From Promethearchaeota archaeon (GTDB lineage: Archaea; Asgardarchaeota; Lokiarchaeia; Sigyniarchaeales; SOKP01): 14,276 nt of DNA. Positions 7,554 to 14,276 of this stretch are shown here, in pieces. The translations under genes were made by a program, and so were the position numbers. Location: NCBI GenBank assembly GCA_016840165.1, contig JAEOSU010000055.1:1-14276 (forward strand), in the 5' to 3' direction. The notes beneath the pieces are model-generated. The model was not told the origin of the DNA. It saw only the letters and a list, made by a program, of their open reading frames with translations, and did no database searches. Position 1 is the stretch's first letter, and each line of letters opens with the position of its first letter.

Positions 7554-8630
7554 GTGCATATCATCGCAAGAGAAGATCTACTTATTGTTGGAGAATTACA
7601 TCAAGACTTAATCTATGAGACGACTTTCTTTCAACTTCTCATTGAAAAATTGGTAAATGAGATACAGAATTTCATAAAGTATAATCCTGATGATCTGAAT
7701 AGAATTGTATTAGAGAAAATTATAAAAAAAGCTATAAGCGTAATTCCAAAAAAAAATAATGCCGATTGTAGGTTAAAGAGAGGAGGTAATGGTAATAACA
7801 CTGCAGAATATTGCGTCAGTTTAGGCATTCCAACAAAATTGATTTCAGTTATGGGTAAGAATACTGATTGGATGATTCATCAATTAAATGAACTTGGAAT
7901 AAATACAGATTTAGTATTTAAAAACGACTTGTTAACACCTATAAGCACTATTCTGAAATCCAAATTGACTACCAAGATTTTTATCGCTCAGAACCTTAAA
8001 AAAAAGATGAATTTTGAAGGAATTAACCTTGACATCGACATATTTAAAGAAGCTAAATTCATCTATATTACACCAATTACAGAGAAATTTAAGAAATTTC
8101 TTAAAATAGGCTTCAAACATAACCTATTTTCCATTCTCAATATTGAAGCTCAAAAAATCAGTAACTTCGAACAACTCGAGCAATTAATTTATGAAAAAGT
8201 TGATATGATTTTCATAAATAGAGATGATGCTAATTTAATTTTAAATAAGAAACTCTCTAATATTGAAATTGATAAATATTATAAAAGATTTGCCAGAATT
8301 AGAGTTTATACGGCAGGAAAGGAGGGATCTTTCTTGTTTACAGATACTATAGAATTATCCCATCCAACAATTAAATTAAAAGTTATTAAAGACCGAACAG
8401 GCGCAGGAGATTGTTATGCTGCTGGTTTTATTACTAAACTATATGAATCAGTAAAAAATAAATCAAGCTTTTTAAAGCTCATTAAAAGTCAGAATTTGGA
8501 CCAGCTTAAATCGGTTTTGTCAAAATGTATGGAATTTGCTACCTATACCGCCTTATATAAGATTTCAACTCAAAAAATTGCTACGAGAAAAGATATTGAA
8601 GATTTTATAAAAAAAATACGTTCTGATTAA
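7554..8630 (+). CDS. PfkB/ribokinase-family carbohydrate or nucleoside kinase
   Basis: VGELHQDL start strand, GGNGNNTA substrate motif, FINRDDA, TAGKEGS and the anion-hole signature DRTGAGDCYAAGF. Confidence 0.9.
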   Translation: MHIIAREDLLIVGELHQDLIYETTFFQLLIEKLVNEIQNFIKYNPDDLNRIVLEKIIKKAISVIPKKNNADCRLKRGGNGNNTAEYCVSLGIPTKLISVMGKNTDWMIHQLNELGINTDLVFKNDLLTPISTILKSKLTTKIFIAQNLKKKMNFEGINLDIDIFKEAKFIYITPITEKFKKFLKIGFKHNLFSILNIEAQKISNFEQLEQLIYEKVDMIFINRDDANLILNKKLSNIEIDKYYKRFARIRVYTAGKEGSFLFTDTIELSHPTIKLKVIKDRTGAGDCYAAGFITKLYESVKNKSSFLKLIKSQNLDQLKSVLSKCMEFATYTALYKISTQKIATRKDIEDFIKKIRSD

Positions 8631-8639
8631 TTAATAATA

Positions 8640-9575
8640 TTATTGGATAAGTTGCAGGATTAAATTTTCCATTTGTGGTTTTGCGGCTTCAATCTTATCT
8701 AAAATTTGAACGGTTTCCTCTAAATCCTCACTATTTTCCTCGATAATAAATAGTAAGTAAAAATCTAAATTACTAAAATTCAATACTTCAACCACTCCAG
8801 AATAACGATCTCCATTATCAAATTTATCAGAAAACTCTAATAGAGTTCTATTTTCGGCCATTATTTTTTTCTGCACTTCTAGATATTTGTCATATATTCG
8901 AATTTTTTCTCGAAGATGTAAATGCGGGCGATAAAATTCTCCAATCGTTATCCCTTTAGCATCAAATAATGCAATCAAGAGAGCATCATAGTTTTTACTT
9001 ATTTCTGTAAAAAGTTGGGAAATCATCTCGATTTTATCAAATAAGAGTGATAAACCACTTGAAAATGCATCCATTATTGATTTAATATCATAAATGGAGG
9101 TTTCAAAAAAGAAAATAGTATAATCAAGAGAATAACGCGTTAAAGCTTGTTTCAGCGTGAGAATTCTCTTATTAATCTCCTTATCTTTAGTAATTTGGGG
9201 ATCAAATTTATGGAATAAAACACATATGGGAGGATATTCTCTTTCTTCCTTTAAATAAAGTAAAATTTCATCTAAATAATCGATAGACTCAACATACCGG
9301 TTAAAATCTTGAGCATCGATAACATAATATATCAGATCTGTACCAGAAATGTATTTTGAGGGATATTTTAAATATTCTTCTCGATATTGGGATTGGCCAC
9401 CAAAATCCATTCTAATAAACTCTACTCCTAAAAACCGGAAGGCATCTCGAGCTATCTTTCGTGTTGGCATTAATTTAGAAACTTCCTCTTCAAAACCAAA
9501 CCGTTTTGTTATTGCGGTAATTATTGAGGTTTTGCCGGCATTATCAAGTCCTAAATAGCCTATCTTCTTAACCAT
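8640..9575 (-). CDS. Rag/Gtr1-like (Arf-related) small GTPase with C-terminal roadblock/longin-like domain
   Basis: G1 GLDNAGKTS, G2 LMPT, G3 DFGGQ, G4 FHKFD (His-Lys-x-Asp as in Rags), G5 ETSIYD (cf. Rag TSIWD/TSIYD). About 130 extra C-terminal residues with the roadblock-like pattern ALLIALFDAKGITIGEF and a terminal helix. Confidence 0.88.
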   Translation of the reverse strand: MVKKIGYLGLDNAGKTSIITAITKRFGFEEEVSKLMPTRKIARDAFRFLGVEFIRMDFGGQSQYREEYLKYPSKYISGTDLIYYVIDAQDFNRYVESIDYLDEILLYLKEEREYPPICVLFHKFDPQITKDKEINKRILTLKQALTRYSLDYTIFFFETSIYDIKSIMDAFSSGLSLLFDKIEMISQLFTEISKNYDALLIALFDAKGITIGEFYRPHLHLREKIRIYDKYLEVQKKIMAENRTLLEFSDKFDNGDRYSGVVEVLNFSNLDFYLLFIIEENSEDLEETVQILDKIEAAKPQMENLILQLIQ

Positions 9576-9706
9576 ATTAACTTCAGTTTATATCAATATA
9601 TATTGTCGTTAAAACAATCCCTAAAATATTTATCACAACAAATATTAATAAATTCTTACTTTTTTCATGGGAGAAATTAGAATTTGTAATATTCAATTTT
9701 AGCTGT

Positions 9707-9988
9707 TTACCCACCAGAAATAGGAAATGATATATAAAGCTTATCTCCTTCATGTAATCTAGTTTTATAGTTCTTTAAATATGATATATTCCTTCCATTA
9801 AGTAATATAACCATCTGTGGATTAAGTTCTTTCTTATTTTTACTTAAAATCATATCATCTAATTGATCTTTATATTCATCCAAAAAAAGTGTAATGATGT
9901 CGCGAACTGTTTTACCTTCGTAATATAATTTCTGTTTCTTGATCTTTAAAGCGAAAATATTCAATAAATTCAATTCAACATTTACCAT
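9707..9988 (-). CDS. MoaD/ThiS-family ubiquitin-like protein (SAMP/Urm1-like sulfur carrier or modifier)
   Basis: 93-aa beta-grasp pattern (GKTVRDII...ILLNGRNI...LHEGDKLYISFPISGG) ending in Gly-Gly. Confidence 0.9.
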   Translation of the reverse strand: MVNVELNLLNIFALKIKKQKLYYEGKTVRDIITLFLDEYKDQLDDMILSKNKKELNPQMVILLNGRNISYLKNYKTRLHEGDKLYISFPISGG

Positions 9989-10096
9989 AGTTATTCGAGT
10001 GTTTGTAAGTAATAATTAGATTAAAAAAACGTGTTCAAATTGATCAAAATATCCGTGAATAATAAAGTTTGATCTAATATTATAAAAATCATTTTA

Positions 10097-11317
10097 CTAA
10101 TTTAGATTAATTTCTTCAATCAAAGATGCCAATTCTTTTGAAAAAGCTTCGATCCTAAATTTATGGTATATATCTTTTATCTTTTCCATGTCAAATTTCT
10201 GATTTTGGGGTTTATACTTGCAGTAATCGAAATTTACTATTTTTTCCGATATCTTATTTTTGATTGAAGAAATCTCACGATCTGAAAAACTGGCTAATGG
10301 AGTAAACATGGGATAATTTGAGAAAAGATAATTTAATGATATTGATTGTAAATCGACATTATCATTACATATTGTTGAGTTATTAAAACTTAAGCCATCT
10401 GTAATTGCTCGCACGGAATTTATACCTTTAAATTCGTTACTTTGGGCAATTTGTGAAATGACATGATATCTTAATAATCGACAGAGAGCACATGTATATT
10501 CCTTCTCTTTTAGGTTAGAAAGAATCTCGTCGAATATTTTTGTAAATCTTATTCTTAATATCTTAAAACCATTGTAAGGAACATAATCTAATATTTTCAT
10601 CCAATTAACTAACCAGATTTTGAACATTTTATCATCCTCATGCATATCAAATAATATTGGATATATTTTACTTCCGCGGCGCATTAATAAAAAACCCGCA
10701 ATTAAATCTTCTAATCTACCCACATCCATGACTCCTATGTTTTTTTGAGGTTCGATGGGTAATCCACCCCACTTAGTTTCGTATATGTCAGTAAATATAT
10801 ATGAAAAATCATCTCGAATCTCTATAAAAATTTTTTTTTGAGGATCTGAAAGATTTACTTTTAAATTGAATTCTACGAAATGGTCAATAATTTCTTTTCC
10901 TACTATACGTGCGACATCCAACGAACTAAATTCATGATTCCCCGATCTTTTTACTCTTAAAGCAAATGTATCGTTCTTACTCAGAACTTCATTAGCAACC
11001 TCTATTGTCCGTTCAATAATATTTTCGATTCTACTTGAAGTGCGTAAAGCCGGACTATATGAATGGACCCCAAATGCTTTTTGTATCACCTCTAATGCAC
11101 TAGAAAGGAGCTTATTATCAAAAAAGAAAAAAATTCTCGAAGAGTCTTTACTAAGTTGGTACTTATGAAATGGGATTCCCTTTTGAGTAAGCATGTTTTT
11201 AATATTCGCCATTAAATATTTTAACATGCGAATCTTTACTTTCTGTGATTTAAGCCAAACCTCTCCATATCGAATTAATATCAAATTATATTGTTCTAAA
11301 ATAAAATACTTCATCAT
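10097..11317 (-). CDS. ThiI-like THUMP-domain protein with degenerate PP-loop adenylation site
   Basis: NFLD motif ILIRYGEVWLKS, FGVHSYSPA, THUMP motifs TFALRVKRSGNHEFSSLDVARIVG and VNLSDP, linker GGLPI, LLMRRG and CALC are all present. The position of SGGxDS reads DVGRLED. Confidence 0.85.
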   Translation of the reverse strand: MMKYFILEQYNLILIRYGEVWLKSQKVKIRMLKYLMANIKNMLTQKGIPFHKYQLSKDSSRIFFFFDNKLLSSALEVIQKAFGVHSYSPALRTSSRIENIIERTIEVANEVLSKNDTFALRVKRSGNHEFSSLDVARIVGKEIIDHFVEFNLKVNLSDPQKKIFIEIRDDFSYIFTDIYETKWGGLPIEPQKNIGVMDVGRLEDLIAGFLLMRRGSKIYPILFDMHEDDKMFKIWLVNWMKILDYVPYNGFKILRIRFTKIFDEILSNLKEKEYTCALCRLLRYHVISQIAQSNEFKGINSVRAITDGLSFNNSTICNDNVDLQSISLNYLFSNYPMFTPLASFSDREISSIKNKISEKIVNFDYCKYKPQNQKFDMEKIKDIYHKFRIEAFSKELASLIEEINLN

Positions 11318-11383
11318 TTCTTTCCTTAAAATGTAAAATATAGCATATAATTTATAGATAAAGAGAACTAACTTATGAGATTA

Positions 11384-12121
11384 TTAATTTTTTTTTACTT
11401 TCGCGGGGTGTCCTAAATATATTTGTTCCTTTTTTAATACTGAATTATAAGATGTATAGGAATGAGCAGAAATTTTTACATCATCCTCAATCGTCGTCCC
11501 GGGTAATATAACACATTTTGCACCAATTACTACATTATCCCCTATCATGATCTTTTTAATTATAAACTTATCTTGTTCTATTCCGAATGAAATCAACACG
11601 CTATTCATTCCAATGATACATCTTTGACCAATTTCAACAAATTCCGATGATATCCAACAATTATCACAAATCGAATTTTTTCCAATTTTCACTCCGAAAA
11701 ACCTTAAAACAAACCGATTTTTAAACCATGGAAATGGATTTGATGCAGAAATAAAAATTGACCATTTTTTTATAGTATTTCTTAAGTTCCAATAAAAATA
11801 ATCTTTATCCTTTATAGAACGATTGAAAATGCCCTCAGTTGGTTTATGAAACAAATTTACCACGATTAAAAACAATTTAGAAACAATTATTGCACTGATT
11901 TGAAGTAAGTGTATCATTATTAAAATATTAAGAGGCAATAATAGGAAAAAGAGGAGATATAAGCTAGGGTTCCATAAAAATATGATATAAAAATATTCTC
12001 CAATGGCTATTGGAAAAAAACTAAAACCTATTATCAAAAGATATAATACTAAAAACTTTTTTCTTAACCGCTCATCTATTGGGATTGGAGATTCGCCCTT
12101 TAAGCTAGCTGGCTGGAACAA
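11384..12121 (-). CDS. Membrane-bound left-handed beta-helix (hexapeptide-repeat) acyltransferase-like protein, paralogue 2
   Basis: Two N-terminal TM segments, then P-x-EG-x-F, LRFFGVKIGKNS and hexapeptide repeats (VEIGQRCIIG, IMIGDNVVIGAKCVILPGTTI), ending GHPAK. TTG start immediately after the upstream TAA, with a GGAGGTGA RBS at 12139-12132. Confidence 0.8.
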   Translation of the reverse strand: MFQPASLKGESPIPIDERLRKKFLVLYLLIIGFSFFPIAIGEYFYIIFLWNPSLYLLFFLLLPLNILIMIHLLQISAIIVSKLFLIVVNLFHKPTEGIFNRSIKDKDYFYWNLRNTIKKWSIFISASNPFPWFKNRFVLRFFGVKIGKNSICDNCWISSEFVEIGQRCIIGMNSVLISFGIEQDKFIIKKIMIGDNVVIGAKCVILPGTTIEDDVKISAHSYTSYNSVLKKEQIYLGHPAKVKKN

Positions 12122-12991
12122 TTACTTGGTTTCACCTCCCTCTTTTCGATGTTGTTCAGTTTTTCCTTCTCCCTTTACTATTTTCTCTACTTTCTCTTGC
12201 GATTCTTCTAACGATTGAATTGGCAACTTCATACTAACTGGCGTTCCTACATGGATTAAATCACTTTCTAATTCTTGATCTACCCAAGTATAACTGTTAG
12301 CTCCTAAAATCGCGCCATCATGCATAATAGTACCAGGTGAAGTCACAGTTTGCGGACCCACAACACAAGCATTACCAATTCTAACCTTTCTTATCAGCAC
12401 CTTATCATGATAGATTAAATGGGAAAAAATACATATATTAAGAGAAGTCATCGTAAAATTGCCAATTTCCACAAATAGAGGATCCACATATCCTTCATAC
12501 AACACTACATTTTTCCCAACCTTCGTACCAAAGAAACGATAGGCAAAAATATCTGCCCATGGGATTGGCAAGGCTCTTGCTAGCCATATTGGAAAATAGG
12601 CGGTCCAAAACCTTCTATGCATATATTTCCATTCTTTTGAACCCTTCTTAAAAATGCCTTCTCTTGGGGGGGATAAATAATTCAAAAATCTATAAATAAG
12701 AGATGAGACGACTATGATACTGAAGGTAAATAGAAAAATATTTCCATAAATATTCAAAGGAATAAGAAGAATCATAATCCATTTGCTTAGTTCATTATTC
12801 AGAATGGCTAATGGAAATATAGGCTCTCCGAAAATGTAGAAATAAAGTGAATTCCAATACCATAAATTCGCAAAAATTATTATAAATGAGCCTACCAGAA
12901 ACTGTATTACCATTATCAAAGTAAAGGGTGTCTTATAGACTCCTGATGTCGAAATATATTCAAAATGTTGGGAATTATCACTTAACTCCAT
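12122..12991 (-). CDS. Membrane-bound left-handed beta-helix (hexapeptide-repeat) acyltransferase-like protein, paralogue 1
   Basis: Two TM segments, then PREGIF, YRFFGTKVGKNV, VEIGNF, VRIGNACVVGPQTVTSPGTIM and GTPVS. Colinear with the downstream paralogue. Confidence 0.8.
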   Translation of the reverse strand: MELSDNSQHFEYISTSGVYKTPFTLIMVIQFLVGSFIIIFANLWYWNSLYFYIFGEPIFPLAILNNELSKWIMILLIPLNIYGNIFLFTFSIIVVSSLIYRFLNYLSPPREGIFKKGSKEWKYMHRRFWTAYFPIWLARALPIPWADIFAYRFFGTKVGKNVVLYEGYVDPLFVEIGNFTMTSLNICIFSHLIYHDKVLIRKVRIGNACVVGPQTVTSPGTIMHDGAILGANSYTWVDQELESDLIHVGTPVSMKLPIQSLEESQEKVEKIVKGEGKTEQHRKEGGETK

Positions 12992-13218
12992 TTATATCTC
13001 ACTTTTCGGTACTATATATTGTTATTATTTATTTATTTATTTTCGAAAAATAAATATATTTTACATAATTGTTATATTAATATTTGGACTATTTGTCCGA
13101 ACATCAATTTAAATAATTTTATTCTTATATAAGAAACAATTAAAAAACCGATCTCTTATAATATATATAAAATAAAATATACAAAAATTACAAGATTTTA
13201 AACGAAAGGTGAAGTAGA

Positions 13219-14109
13219 TTGAGTATTGACTGGGCAAAAGCCGAGGAAAGGCCTGAGAAAAAGCAATCCGTAGAGGGACGCTTCTTATTGGATCTCCGCG
13301 CTAAAGTTAATGACTTAGAGAAACAACTAAGTGAAACAAAAAGCGAATTAACCCTAATAAAAGATAAATTACAACAAACAGGACAGGAATTAGAAAAGAC
13401 GACAAATGAGCTCGAATCAACGAAAACATCGTTAGATTCAACGAAATCGGAGCTTAATGAGACAAAAACAGCTCTTGATGCGAGTAAAAGCGAAAATAAT
13501 GATAAAGATCAGAAAATTTCAAACTTAAACTCTGAAGTCGAGGGATTAAAGTCTTCTCTTGATGAAGCTAATGCGAAAGCTAGCGAACTCGAGCAAGGTG
13601 TCTCAAATTCGGAATCAGCACTGTCTAACCTCTCTTCTGAGTTAGAAGAGGCAAAAACAAAGATTAGCGGACTTGAAGCTCAAGTAAGTGAATTACAGAA
13701 TACGAGTGCATCCTCATCAGAGGAACTTTCTAGTCTAAAAGAACAAGTAACTACACTCGAACAAGAGAAAGCAGATCTGAACTCACAACTCAGTGAGTTA
13801 AATGATTTATTACTGGAAAGGGACAATAAAATTCAGGAACTTAGTGGTGCAATAGGAGACAAAGAGAAACTAATTGAAGCACAAACAACTCATATTGAAG
13901 AAGTGGAGTCTGAACTTGGGGAATTAAAACCTCCGGATATCGGAGCTGGTGGATTTGCGAGTGAAGAACGTATTACTTGCCCGATGTGTGGAGCAGTAGG
14001 GGCTAATATAAAGCAAACTGAAGATAAATCAAAAGTGTTAAGCTATGTGGGCCATATCCCTATGTATGCGAAGAAACACGTATGTAAGAAATGCGGATAT
14101 GAGTTTTAA
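13219..14109 (+). CDS. Long coiled-coil protein with C-terminal C4 zinc ribbon
   Basis: About 210 aa of continuous heptads, a linker PPDIGAGGF, then CPMCG...CKKCGYEF at the extreme C-terminus. TTG start with AGGTGA RBS. Confidence 0.85.
   Translation: MSIDWAKAEERPEKKQSVEGRFLLDLRAKVNDLEKQLSETKSELTLIKDKLQQTGQELEKTTNELESTKTSLDSTKSELNETKTALDASKSENNDKDQKISNLNSEVEGLKSSLDEANAKASELEQGVSNSESALSNLSSELEEAKTKISGLEAQVSELQNTSASSSEELSSLKEQVTTLEQEKADLNSQLSELNDLLLERDNKIQELSGAIGDKEKLIEAQTTHIEEVESELGELKPPDIGAGGFASEERITCPMCGAVGANIKQTEDKSKVLSYVGHIPMYAKKHVCKKCGYEF
13390..13494 (+). repeat. Five degenerate 21-nt (heptad) tandem coding repeats
   Basis: LEKTTNE-LESTKTS-LDSTKSE-LNETKTA-LDASKSE; DNA similarity such as gaatcaacgaaa / gattcaacgaaa. 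Confidence 0.6.
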
Positions 14110-14123
14110 GATAAGCTAATAGA

Positions 14124-14152
14124 ATTTTTCATTTTTTTATTCCTTCTTTTTA
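14124..14152 (+). terminator. Probable archaeal oligo-U terminator
   Basis: Three T-tracts (ttttt, ttttttt, tttttt) within about 45 nt after the stop at 14109. Confidence 0.45.
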
Positions 14153-14276
14153 TTAAATATATTCGTTAAGCCTAAATTCATCAGTTTTATATTTAGGTTT
14201 TAATTAAATGTTGAAATTCACAATTTTAATAAACCGTAAAATTCAATATTACAATTATGGTAAATAAGAAAAAATA

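Noticed and set aside
7433-7560. tRNA as an integration site for a mobile element
   Set aside because: No integrase, no duplicated tRNA 3' end seen in the window, and flanking genes look chromosomal.
7631-8120. Two short minus-strand ORFs (65 and 62 aa)
   Set aside because: Shadows of the PfkB gene.
9349-9558. 69-aa plus-strand ORF
   Set aside because: Antisense to the GTPase G1-G3 region.
9707-9988. True eukaryote-like ubiquitin
   Set aside because: The sequence pattern (LNGRNI, LxEGD, PISGG) is MoaD/SAMP type, and no E1/E2/E3 genes are adjacent.
10097-11317. thiI pseudogene
   Set aside because: The reading frame is intact and full-length with conserved THUMP motifs and cysteines; only the ATP-site motifs differ.
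12003-12218. 71-aa plus-strand ORF
   Set aside because: Antisense across the LbH gene junction; no supporting features.
13219-14109. SMC/Rad50 or ESCRT-III assignment
   Set aside because: No Walker motifs, hinge or central Zn hook, and the length and pattern do not fit Snf7.

Overview
AT-rich archaeal chromosomal segment, very probably from an Asgard archaeon (Lokiarchaeia-like). The evidence is eS25, an intron-containing tRNA with a relaxed BHB motif, GGAGG/GGTGA ribosome-binding sites and several eukaryote-signature-like proteins. In order: the 5' part of a RuBisCO-superfamily gene, most like form IV/RLP, running off the left edge and absent from the ORF track; a longin/uDENN-like plus winged-helix protein translationally coupled (TAATG overlap) to a 1444-aa single-pass surface glycoprotein (DUF2341-like, LamG, Ig-like repeats, cytoplasmic tail); a close Bud23/WBSCR22-like rRNA methyltransferase divergent from rps25e; tRNA-Ser(CGA) with an 18-nt intron; a PfkB kinase; a Rag/Gtr-like GTPase with a roadblock-like C-terminus; a MoaD/ThiS ubiquitin-like protein; a ThiI-like protein with a degenerate PP-loop; two tandem membrane-bound left-handed beta-helix paralogues; and a coiled-coil/Zn-ribbon protein. 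The best candidate for an undescribed system is the receptor-like surface protein plus NPRL2/C9orf72-like longin protein, possibly acting on the nearby Rag-like GTPase. No mobile element or CRISPR array was seen. All family assignments come from motif recognition by eye, not database searches.
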